From: Candidatus Jordarchaeales archaeon | GTDB lineage: Archaea > Asgardarchaeota > Jordiarchaeia > Jordiarchaeales > Freyrarchaeaceae | Length of the DNA stretch: 32,000 nucleotides | Reading direction: 5' to 3' | Assembly: GCA_038889235.1 (NCBI GenBank) | Contig: JAWAHN010000001.1 | Coordinates: forward strand, 270,001 to 302,000 | Shown: positions 16,327 to 24,566 of the stretch, in pieces | How positions within the stretch are numbered: the first letter of the stretch is position 1 | Layout: each line of letters starts with the position of its first letter | The notes under the pieces: generated by a model | What the model was told of the DNA's origin: nothing | Databases searched by the model: none | What the model saw: the letters and a program-made list of their open reading frames with translations, nothing else | Program-made: the position numbers and the translations under genes

Positions 16327-17637
16327 TCATGTAGTGAGTTTTTCGCGGTATTTTTCCAGAAAGGATTTCAAAGCCTCATCGTACTCTGTCTGTCCTCTAA
16401 GGTCTATAACCTTCTTCGCCTTCCTCCCTATCTCTGGTATGCCCCCCTTGTCCACACGGTGTACGAACGTCGGCGTGAAGCACACCACCCCACCCAAGCG
16501 CTCAGCTAGGGACGCTAAAATTTCGGGTTTATCTTCATCAGCGTCTATGAACAGGTCTATTCTGTCCGCTCCATTTTCTTCCCTAATCACGAGAAGGTAG
16601 TCGCGCACTCCCTCATGCCTAAAGACGGCCGCATCTATAGCGAATGGACTTGTAAGGGCGCCCTTGATCTTTATTAAGCCGTCAAGCCTGTACTCTGGGG
16701 GAAGAACTCTGCGGGTCACTCTTCCGCAACTACACTTGTCCTCAATTATACAAGAGTAGTCCCTTGAGCGGTAGCGTAAGGCTAGGGTGCCCGTACGCGT
16801 GAGCGTGGTGAAGACAAGCTCACCCTTCTCCCCTTCACCAAGGCGCTCGCCTGTTTCAGGGTCTACGACTTCGACAAACGTGTGATCCTCCGGCCAGTGA
16901 ACACCGTAACGCTCTTCGCACTCCCCTCCACTACCCGCCTCGGTCAACCCGTATCCGACTCTGACTTCAGCCCCCCATATATCCTCTATTCTCTTCCTCT
17001 TCTCTTCGGGTAGGGGTTCGCCGAGCGCATACACTTTTTTTAGGCCAACTTCTTTTGGATCTCCGAAAAGCTCCTCGTAAACATAACCCCACTTGAGGAT
17101 GAACTGAGGTATTCCAATCAAGCCAGTCGGCCTAAAGAAGTTTATAATCCAAGCCTGTTGTTTGGCTGTTGGCTGTTTACCGGCGGGGACCACGACAGCA
17201 CCTATTCTCCTCGCCGCTTCGTGGATGTCTATTCCGGCGAAGAACATGCCGTAAGGGGTAGTGTTCTGCACAACGTCTCCTTTCCTAAAGCCTGCGGTGA
17301 GGAGGTTCCTTGCCTCGAGGGAGATCTGCACCTCCACGTCGTTGTTCGTAAAGCAGACAACGGTTGGCGTGCCCGATGTCCCAGAAGTTGTGTGGAACAC
17401 TGATATGTCGGATGGGTCTCCAACAGCCCCCATGTAGTCGCTTACCAAGTCGACCTTGCTCGAGAAAGGAAGCTTGACGAGGTCTTCCGTGGTTCTTATG
17501 TCAGACGGCTTAAGCCCAGCCTCGTCAAACTTTCTTCTGTAAACTCTAGTGTTGTATGCCAGCTTCACGACTCTTCTAATAAGCTTGTTCTGGTGCTCCT
17601 CGAGCTCACTCCTCGACATTACGGGCTCCTTGACCAA
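16327..17637 (-). CDS. paaK: Phenylacetate-CoA ligase (PaaK)-family adenylate-forming enzyme
   Basis: TTSGTSGTP P-loop, TPYGMF, YGLTE, EVVDPETG, GELVFTTL, RYRSRD, KIKG. Substrate is not determinable from sequence. Confidence 0.8.
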   Translation of the reverse strand: MVKEPVMSRSELEEHQNKLIRRVVKLAYNTRVYRRKFDEAGLKPSDIRTTEDLVKLPFSSKVDLVSDYMGAVGDPSDISVFHTTSGTSGTPTVVCFTNNDVEVQISLEARNLLTAGFRKGDVVQNTTPYGMFFAGIDIHEAARRIGAVVVPAGKQPTAKQQAWIINFFRPTGLIGIPQFILKWGYVYEELFGDPKEVGLKKVYALGEPLPEEKRKRIEDIWGAEVRVGYGLTEAGSGGECEERYGVHWPEDHTFVEVVDPETGERLGEGEKGELVFTTLTRTGTLALRYRSRDYSCIIEDKCSCGRVTRRVLPPEYRLDGLIKIKGALTSPFAIDAAVFRHEGVRDYLLVIREENGADRIDLFIDADEDKPEILASLAERLGGVVCFTPTFVHRVDKGGIPEIGRKAKKVIDLRGQTEYDEALKSFLEKYREKLTT

Positions 17638-17684
17638 GACAGAACCTCCATTAGAAACGGGGGTGTAAGCAACCTTAAAAATTA

Positions 17685-17700
17685 TTCCAAGAAATTGGAA
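17685..17700. promoter_or_regulatory. Inverted repeat adjacent to the putative paaK promoter
   Basis: TTCCAA-GAAA-TTGGAA lies just upstream (minus sense) of a TATA-like TTTTTAAG at about 17674-17681. Confidence 0.3.
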
Positions 17701-17731
17701 GGTAGTGGGTAGTGCGGGAGGCGAAACGCGG

Positions 17732-18154
17732 TTACTTAGTTGCTTTTGCCGCCAATAGTGCTGTGAGGAATGATGCCGCCGTACACACCGAGCCTATCTC
17801 CAGTATCCACGCACGGTGCGACTCAGCGAAACCGTAGTAGAACATGCTAAACAAGCTGGGTTTTAATAGGTCTCTTGGTGAAAAATCTATTCCATGAATA
17901 TTTTTGAGAAAGAAACCCCACTCTGAACCGTAAATGTTTGTGAGCTGATAGTCAACATTAACGCATAACAATTGCACTATTCTAGTTTCCAGCGAGAGTA
18001 TGGACGTTATATTCCACACGGAGACGGACAAGTATACTGTTACAACGAGTACTATCAGGGAGGCTAGAGCTATGTACGGGTTTCTTGAAGCCGCAGTTGC
18101 CACTACCACAGCCGCTGAAAGGAGTAATATACATGCTGCGAACTTAAGAACAAG
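17732..18154 (-). CDS. Small membrane protein, or the 3' part of a frameshifted gene
   Basis: The track ORF is 17732..18109, but the frame is open up to 18154 (LVLKFAACILLLSAAVVVATAAS...). It has several hydrophobic segments. Confidence 0.5.
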   Translation of the reverse strand, partial: LVLKFAACILLLSAAVVVATAASRNPYIALASLIVLVVTVYLSVSVWNITSILSLETRIVQLLCVNVDYQLTNIYGSEWGFFLKNIHGIDFSPRDLLKPSLFSMFYYGFAESHRAWILEIGSVCTAASFLTALLAAKATK

Positions 18155-18459
18155 CTATTCACGACGAAGTCCAGTATCGCGCAGGGAGCACAGAGCTGCA
18201 CTCCATTAACGTAGCTCGCCAATGCTCTAACTCCACTGAAAAAAGCTAAGAAATCAGAGTAGCTTTCCATCGGGTCACGCGTCGCATTAGACAAGAAGTA
18301 GTAGACACTGTGAACGCGCTGGTATGCGAGCAACGAGTAGCCGTCGAGACTAACAACCAAAGATTGGAAAACGATAAATGCTAAAACGAAAAGCGCAACG
18401 GAGCCTAAAATAAAAACGCCCAGACCACCCCGACTATAACGACGGTAACGCTTTCCCAT
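18103..18459 (-). CDS. Small membrane protein, or the 5' part of a frameshifted gene
   Basis: ATG start after a GGTGG SD-like sequence. Basic N-terminus (MGKRYRRYSRGG) followed by a TM segment. Confidence 0.55.
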   Translation of the reverse strand: MGKRYRRYSRGGLGVFILGSVALFVLAFIVFQSLVVSLDGYSLLAYQRVHSVYYFLSNATRDPMESYSDFLAFFSGVRALASYVNGVQLCAPCAILDFVVNSLFLSSQHVYYSFQRLW

Positions 18460-18557
18460 TTACACCACCTGAAAACAGTTTACAAATAAAATAAAATTTA
18501 TTATCAACCTTTTTCTTTTTTCTAATTTATTGAGCCCTTTGTTTCGGAGGTGGTTGT

Positions 18558-19592
18558 TTGAGTGGGGAGGTAGCGTTGGTTACTGGGGCTTGCGGTTTTA
18601 ACGGGAGGTACATGGTTGAGTTGCTGTCTAGGAAAGGGTTTCATGTTAGGGCTACTGACGTGAAGGATGATGTTACGGGCGAGGTTAAGGCTGTTGGTGC
18701 TTCTGAGTTCGTGAAGGCAGACTTAACTAGGAGAGATGGACTGGAAGAGCTGGTTAAAGGTGTAGACGTTGTTTTTCATATCGCGGCGCTGTTCGATTAC
18801 TTGGCTCCCATTGAGAAGCTTAGGCTGGTTAACGTTGAGGGGACGAGGAACTTGTTTGACGCGCTGCTTAAAGAGGGAAAGGTGCGAAGGATTATTCTTT
18901 GGAGTTCTGTCGCCGTTTACGGGATAGTTAACGAGAAAAACTATAAGCTTCCTGTGACTGAGGATCAGCCTTTGACTCCAGAGTGCCCTGGGGCCTACGA
19001 TAGGTCGAAGCGGGAACAAGAAGAGCTGGCTTTAAAGTATTGTAAGGAGCATGGGCTGCCTGTTACTGTGATAAGACCAGCACCCATTTACGGTCCGGGC
19101 AACGTCTACGGGGTGTACAACTTGATTTGGTTTGTCGCTAAGGGGGTTTTGCCCTTCCTTCCTGAAAACGCGGCTAAGGTTTCGCTGCCATTAGTCCACG
19201 TGGCTGATGTTTGTGAAGCAGCGTACTTTTTGGCTGAAAAGGAGAATACTGTTGGCGAAGTTTACAACGTTGTCGATGACAACACGCTTAACGCGAAGGA
19301 AAGCTTGGAGCTTATAGCCGCGCTGACTGGAGCACACCCCGTAGAATTTCCTGTCGCACCGTTAAGACTGCTCGCGAAAGTCATCAGGCAGCTGTCCAAG
19401 GTTTCCGGCTTTATGGCTAAGCGTAGGGGGGAAAGGCAGAAGCTTGAACCGGACATGCTGAACTACCTCCTCGGAAACTTTTACTTCTCCAACGAGAAGC
19501 TCAAAAGGGCAGGATATAAGTTTAGGTATCCTGACAGGAGGGTTGGGTTAGCTGAGACTATTTCGTGGTATATTGAAAGAGGGTTGCTTTGA
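18558..19592 (+). CDS. NAD-dependent epimerase/dehydratase (extended SDR; 3-beta-HSD-like branch possible)
   Basis: LVTGACGFNG, VDVVFHIAA, VNVEGTRN, WSSVAVYG, YDRSK catalytic motif, IRPAPIYGPG, VHVADV. Confidence 0.9.
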   Translation: MSGEVALVTGACGFNGRYMVELLSRKGFHVRATDVKDDVTGEVKAVGASEFVKADLTRRDGLEELVKGVDVVFHIAALFDYLAPIEKLRLVNVEGTRNLFDALLKEGKVRRIILWSSVAVYGIVNEKNYKLPVTEDQPLTPECPGAYDRSKREQEELALKYCKEHGLPVTVIRPAPIYGPGNVYGVYNLIWFVAKGVLPFLPENAAKVSLPLVHVADVCEAAYFLAEKENTVGEVYNVVDDNTLNAKESLELIAALTGAHPVEFPVAPLRLLAKVIRQLSKVSGFMAKRRGERQKLEPDMLNYLLGNFYFSNEKLKRAGYKFRYPDRRVGLAETISWYIERGLL

Positions 19593-19604
19593 GAGGTGAG
19601 AGGT

Positions 19605-20069
19605 ATGAGCTTCCTACTAGACGTCTTCCTCCTCCTCGGGATAGGCATCGCGATCTCATGGACTGTTAAGCGTAAGAGGTTCAACCACTTAAGGAAAACC
19701 CTGACACTACTGCTATCAGTGGTAACCATAGTGATCTTTTACTCTGTGGCGATATCGCTGTACGTGAACAACATATACTTCCCACCGTACTGGATGATGA
19801 TGAACTTCGTCTGGTCTCTCCCCCTGCCAGTCTTCTCGTTCATGGGGCGAGACTTTATGATCAATAGCGGAGTGCTCTGGATAACGACACCGAACCCGTT
19901 AGACCTACCTGCAAGCGTTTTCGGAGTATTCATAACGGACCCGGTAAGTTTAACAATAGCCATAGTACTCTTCGCCCTCTATCCGTTCTGGCTCTACCTT
20001 GGAATATTGCTCGGCAGATTTCTATTCGGCTCTAGGCCCGAAGAAAAGGGCATGTTGGGAGCCTTTTAG
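19605..20069 (+). CDS. Hypothetical multi-pass membrane protein
   Basis: In-frame ATG at 19605 after GAGGTGAGAGG (track start 19596). Three or four hydrophobic segments; directly downstream of the epimerase. Confidence 0.7.
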   Translation: MSFLLDVFLLLGIGIAISWTVKRKRFNHLRKTLTLLLSVVTIVIFYSVAISLYVNNIYFPPYWMMMNFVWSLPLPVFSFMGRDFMINSGVLWITTPNPLDLPASVFGVFITDPVSLTIAIVLFALYPFWLYLGILLGRFLFGSRPEEKGMLGAF

Positions 20070-20156
20070 AGGAATTGAACACAACGGACAAGGAAAACTT
20101 ACACTTCTTTCTCCTCTTTTCTCATTCGTTTCTAAGCTCTGCGGAGGTAGGCTTAA

Positions 20157-20168
20157 GTTTATATAAAC
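20157..20168 (+). promoter_or_regulatory. TATA box for the leuD-like gene
   Basis: Palindromic GTTTATATAAAC about 40 bp upstream of the start. Confidence 0.6.
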
Positions 20169-20205
20169 GATTGATGGGTTTGTTGTTTCACTAGGCAGGT
20201 GGCGA

Positions 20206-20712
20206 GTGATGAAGGTTCGCGGTAAGGTTTGGAAGTTTGGCGACAACATCGATACTGACGTAGTGATTCCTGGAAGGTATCTAACTCTCCGAGACCCTGA
20301 CGAGATGGCTTCCCACGCTATGGAGGTCATTAGGCCGGAGTTTGCCAAAATGGTGAAGCCGGGTGACATTATAGTTGCGGGAAGGAATTTTGGGTGTGGT
20401 TCCAGCAGGGAGGAGGCGGCGTTCGTCCTCAAGCGCCTTGGCGTTGGCGCAGTAGTCGCAGAGTCTTTCGCGAGAATATTCTTTAGGAACGCGATAAACC
20501 TTGGGCTTCCCGTGGTTGAATGTAAGGGTGTTTCTGAAGCTGTGAATGAAGGGGACGAGGTTGAGGTGGATCTTGAAAAAGGTGTTCTTAGAAACGTGAC
20601 AAGGAACGTTGAGCTAAGCTGCACGGTTCTACCGGAGTTCTTAATGGAGTTCATAAAGAGCGGGGGGGCTATAGAGGCATTGAAAAAGAAACTTAAGGCT
20701 CAGACTAAGTGA
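20206..20712 (+). CDS. leuD: 3-isopropylmalate dehydratase/homoaconitase small subunit (LeuD/HacB family)
   Basis: GKVWKFGDNIDTDVVIPGRYL, IVAGRNFGCGSSRE, VVAESFARIFFRNAINLGLP. The start is GTG 20206 or ATG 20209. LeuD versus HacB is not resolved. Confidence 0.85.
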   Translation: MMKVRGKVWKFGDNIDTDVVIPGRYLTLRDPDEMASHAMEVIRPEFAKMVKPGDIIVAGRNFGCGSSREEAAFVLKRLGVGAVVAESFARIFFRNAINLGLPVVECKGVSEAVNEGDEVEVDLEKGVLRNVTRNVELSCTVLPEFLMEFIKSGGAIEALKKKLKAQTK

Positions 20713-20756
20713 GAAATAGGAGGAAAGGAGCGGAGAAGCGCCGTGCGGTGAGAAAG

Positions 20757-21194
20757 CTACTTTTGCCGCGTTTTTATTTCTAGGTTTACCGGTATTCCCC
20801 GCTCCACGGACTTGGTGACTATGCAATAGTTTCTGAATATCGAGAGACACTGCTCGGCTTTCTTAGCTGTTTCGCTGTCGAGTTCCACGATTAGCTCAAC
20901 GTCTACGTTCTTAACTCTAAGGTACCCGTTTTCCCTTACAACGACAACCTTAGACTTCACGGAAACATCGTAAGGGGAGAGCTTCGCCTTTTTGAAGCAG
21001 AACATTAATGCCGCTGATAAGCAACCGCCAATTGATGCTGCCAGAAGGTCGAGAGGGCTAAACCCGGACGCGTCGCCGCCTATTTCCCGGGGCTCGTCCA
21101 TTATTAGAGGTGGAAATCCATCTATTTTAGCTTCGAAGCTGAGTTTCTCACGCCACTTCAATTCTGCTTCAGCCACAAGAACGGGTTCACTCAT
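20757..21194 (-). CDS. OsmC/YhfA-family protein
   Basis: MDEPREIGGDASGFSPLDLLAASIGGCLS and a second Cys in YCIVTKSV. Confidence 0.85.
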   Translation of the reverse strand: MSEPVLVAEAELKWREKLSFEAKIDGFPPLIMDEPREIGGDASGFSPLDLLAASIGGCLSAALMFCFKKAKLSPYDVSVKSKVVVVRENGYLRVKNVDVELIVELDSETAKKAEQCLSIFRNYCIVTKSVERGIPVNLEIKTRQK

Positions 21195-21242
21195 TAATCC
21201 ACCCCTCTGACACGAAAGAAAACACTAGGTGGAGCTAGCGGC

Positions 21243-21269
21243 TTTTCTAAGCCTAGAAAACGCATATAA
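21243..21269 (-). promoter_or_regulatory. TATA plus downstream inverted repeat (repressor-like site) for osmC
   Basis: TTATAT on the minus strand at 21264-21269 is followed by TTTTCTA-AGCC-TAGAAAA (21243-21260). Confidence 0.4.
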
Positions 21270-21854
21270 CTCTTTTGCCAGCGGTGTTCCAATGTGAAAG
21301 CCGCCTGCTTTCAGGCACTACATGAAGTAACAAATAGGAAGACTTCAACTGAGTGCAGGCAAGAGGTTCAACTACCGAGTTGAGGACATTAACCCGCCGA
21401 AAGCCGCAACGGCTACACTTACCATCTGAAAATTTTCTTTTCAATAGATCCCTCTTCGTGGCTTAAAACGGCCGATAATTTATTTATAAATTTAAGTGTT
21501 TATTGTTGTCTCAAGCGTTTCACTTTGAATCATTGTGGCTGCAGGGGAATTGGCGCCCGGTAATGTAATTGTCTACGTGTTATTTTATTCCTTCCTTCAC
21601 ACTTCTCGTTAATGTGAGGCCCTCTTCTCTCAAATGACTCGTTTTTACTGCTGGCTTTTTCTCTTCTCGAGCCTAACGTCAATACCGTGAGGCGATCTGG
21701 CAAAAACGACGTTAATTTTTTGAAGAAGGTTGAGCGATTAAAGTTACACGGGGAAAGTTTTCCCCTTATTTTAAGTGAACTTTTCCGCGGACCTAAAAAA
21801 CCAAAAAGTTTTTTGGGTTCTCTGAGCCTCTTCGTGAGAGAGGGGTGGTTTATT

Positions 21855-22376
21855 GTGGATTTCTTCGAAGTAGTAAGGGCAAGGAGGAGTGTGCGAAGCT
21901 ATTTGGACGAAGATGTTTCTGACGGTGAGGTGAGAAGGCTTCTTGAGGCGGCGATTCTTGCTCCCTCAGCTGGAAACTGCCAGCCGTGGGAGTTTATCGT
22001 TGTAAGAGACGAAAAACGCAAGGAGGCTTTGTCTAAAGCCGCCCTTGGGCAGAGGTTTATTGCCGAGGCGCCTGTGGTTATAGTTGTGTGCGCTAACATT
22101 CCGAGGACTGCAGCCCATTATGGGCCTCGGGGGGCGAACCTCTACGTGATACAGGACACGGCGGCAGCCACTCAGAACATACTTCTCGCGGCAACAGCTA
22201 TGGGTTTAGCAACTTGTTGGGTTGGGGCTTTTGACGAGAGGAAGGTGTCAGAAATACTGGAACTACCGGAAGAGGTAAGGCCGCTTGCGATAATACCAGT
22301 CGGCCGACCGAGAAAGGTTCCACCTATGCCTCCGAGGATACCGTTGGAGCGCGTGGTTCACTACGAGAAGTGGTGA
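21855..22376 (+). CDS. Nitroreductase-family flavoprotein
   Basis: RRSVRSY, APSAGNCQPWEF, NILLAATAMGLATCWVG. The likely start is GTG at 21855 after GAGAGGGGTGG; the track extension to 21687 reads through promoter-like DNA. Confidence 0.9.
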   Translation: MDFFEVVRARRSVRSYLDEDVSDGEVRRLLEAAILAPSAGNCQPWEFIVVRDEKRKEALSKAALGQRFIAEAPVVIVVCANIPRTAAHYGPRGANLYVIQDTAAATQNILLAATAMGLATCWVGAFDERKVSEILELPEEVRPLAIIPVGRPRKVPPMPPRIPLERVVHYEKW

Positions 22377-22388
22377 ACATCTTCCCCT

Positions 22389-22661
22389 TCACTTTATTTT
22401 GAAATCCTTGAACTCTCCCTTGTATTCCTCCCAGAAGATTTCCACGTTAGTCACCCTGGCAGCTGGCGGTCCTCTTTTACAGAACTCAATGAGGGCTTCG
22501 ACAGCCTCTTTTTCTCCCTCAAAAACGGCCTCCACTCGTCCGTCTGGGAGGTTTCTAACCCACCCTGTTACGCCACGTTGCTTAGCTTCCCTTCTAGTAG
22601 TGTCCCTAAAGAAGACCCCTTGAACCCTCCCACTAACGATAACCCTAGCTCTAACCTTCAA
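22389..22661 (-). CDS. acyP: Acylphosphatase
   Basis: GRVQGVFFR and [17 protein letters not shown] signatures; 90 aa. Confidence 0.95.
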   Translation of the reverse strand: MKVRARVIVSGRVQGVFFRDTTRREAKQRGVTGWVRNLPDGRVEAVFEGEKEAVEALIEFCKRGPPAARVTNVEIFWEEYKGEFKDFKIK

Positions 22662-22796
22662 GGAAATTCGAACCCTCCCCTCCGAGCGGTGGACATTTGG
22701 TGAGTAGCCCAGTGATGGGGGCTTTACAGTGTTCAGCGGTGCAAAGTTTAAACGTTTTGGCTAAAGGATTTGGAGAAGTGATGAGTTGTTCAACGT

Positions 22797-23483
22797 TCAC
22801 CTGCGTCTTGGTGGCCTTTTTATTGAGACGAGCCTTATGAACTCTGCCGTGTCTTCTGCAGAGTCGGCTATTCCCTCAACGAAGTCTATCATGTTGCTTA
22901 AGGTTATCGCCGCGAATGGAGGAATTTCACTGCACTTCCATTCTTGAAGCGACTTCCTTAGAGCTAAGTGGTCTTGGTCCACTTCAAACTCTATGCGGTC
23001 TACCTCGTCTACGAGAGGTATAATGTCGCGTCCCTCTCTGAGAGCATCTATGGTTTCTAATAGCTTCTCCACGCACTTCTTGGCGTCGTGCAACATTCTT
23101 ACGAACTGTTCGCCTAGCATCCTGATATACTGTGGGTCCAAGATGGAGATCCTTCTGGCAACAGCGTTAGCGTTGTTGGCTACGGCGTCAAGCCGTTTAG
23201 TCAGGTGAACCAAGTCTTCTCTCTCGGAAGGATCCAGCCGTCCCTCTGAAAGCGTAGTGAGGATGCTTCTCCTTATGATGTCTGCCTCGTGTTCTATCTC
23301 ACCAACCCTGCGTGCTACAACAGATATTTCCTCGGGGCTGCAACCGCTCATTATCAGTTCAACTAAGCTGACAAGTTCTGTAACGCAGTTGAAAACCTTC
23401 CTGGTGTGCTCGTCTATCAAACTGATCGATTTTTCCTCTCTCCTAACGCGGAACCAACTGGCTAAATCAGGCAACACAACCAC
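22797..23483 (-). CDS. DUF47/PhoU-like phosphate transport regulator
   Basis: EHEADIIRRSI, EREDLVHL...D.VA, E.EVD, IEGIADSAEDTAE pattern. Confidence 0.8.
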   Translation of the reverse strand: MVVLPDLASWFRVRREEKSISLIDEHTRKVFNCVTELVSLVELIMSGCSPEEISVVARRVGEIEHEADIIRRSILTTLSEGRLDPSEREDLVHLTKRLDAVANNANAVARRISILDPQYIRMLGEQFVRMLHDAKKCVEKLLETIDALREGRDIIPLVDEVDRIEFEVDQDHLALRKSLQEWKCSEIPPFAAITLSNMIDFVEGIADSAEDTAEFIRLVSIKRPPRRR

Positions 23484-23669
23484 CCTTCAATAAGAAAACA
23501 ACTTCAAACCGTAAGGTGCAAGAGACATTATTTTAACCTTGAGATATTGAGACCTTTTTAGGTTTTTCCTAGGTTTCTTCCCAAACAGTTTTTCCATGAA
23601 GTGACTGAAAAAAGGGGGGTTATTGTTCTTTTTAATGACGTAGGCAGACGGCCTCCAACGCGTGTAGCC

Positions 23670-24566
23670 TTACGCCTTCAGCTTCGACGCCAGCTGGTTA
23701 ACGGCTTGTTCCATTCCGGGGGCGTGCAAACTACACCCTGCGAAGCCTTCGTCTTTGAGTGCTTTAATGAACTTCGTGAAGAACTCTATGTTCACCTTTA
23801 AGCGCGCTTTTACTTTTTCTTCTCCCTCCAGCGTTTCGGCTTTCTCAAGAGCATTTATCAGCTCTGGGGGAACGATGACTCGCGGGTCTTCGTTTAAGCG
23901 TCTCGCGTCGGCCACGTTAGCAGGTATCCTAATGCCAACTACCACCGGGACGCCGAGAAAACTAACAGCTTTCTTGAAGCTCTTCAAAGCTTCAAAGTTG
24001 AAAGTGGGATAGGTGACTATGAAGTCTAATCCGGCTTTAGTCATTCTTTCAAGCCTCTTCACCTCGACCTCAATGGGAGAAGCCGCTGGAAAGGCTATTG
24101 CCCCAACGCATAAGTTCGGTGGCTCCGGAATCTTCTGCCCAAAAACCTCCCCTTTTTCGGACAGTGTTTTCAACATCTGGACTAGTTGGGCGGAGTCTAA
24201 GTCGAAGACTGCCATGGCATGTGGAATGTCGCTCATCTTCGGGTGACTGCCATCGGTCACCAGGAAGTGGTTGACACCAAGCATTCCAGCAGCTAGGACG
24301 TCTGAAAGTAGGGCTGCCCTATTCCTGTCCCTGCACGTGAGCTGGCATATGACTTCCAACCCGGTCTCTTTCTTCACAACTCCAGACACGACGACAGTGT
24401 TAGCCACGCCCAGCGTTTCTCTGGGCTCGGAAACTATGACCGCTGAAACCTTACCCATGGATTTAACTGCTTCAACAATAGCTTTCAGGTTGGTAACCCT
24501 TGCAGAGTCCACTTGGCCTATGACGGCGAACCCTTTCTCCAAAAAACCCTTCATCTTCAACCACAT
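23670..24566 (-). CDS. metF: Methylenetetrahydrofolate reductase MetF-like protein with substituted catalytic residues
   Basis: QLTCRDRNRAALLSDVL, VFDLDSAQL and AGLDFIVT identify the family. The ATG at 24566 overlaps the metV stop (TGATG); the track start is 24572. Confidence 0.8.
   Translation of the reverse strand: MWLKMKGFLEKGFAVIGQVDSARVTNLKAIVEAVKSMGKVSAVIVSEPRETLGVANTVVVSGVVKKETGLEVICQLTCRDRNRAALLSDVLAAGMLGVNHFLVTDGSHPKMSDIPHAMAVFDLDSAQLVQMLKTLSEKGEVFGQKIPEPPNLCVGAIAFPAASPIEVEVKRLERMTKAGLDFIVTYPTFNFEALKSFKKAVSFLGVPVVVGIRIPANVADARRLNEDPRVIVPPELINALEKAETLEGEEKVKARLKVNIEFFTKFIKALKDEGFAGCSLHAPGMEQAVNQLASKLKA

Noticed and set aside
21687-21854. N-terminal extension of the nitroreductase ORF
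   Set aside because: It reads through promoter-like palindromes and A/T tracts; the family N-terminus begins at GTG 21855 with an SD.
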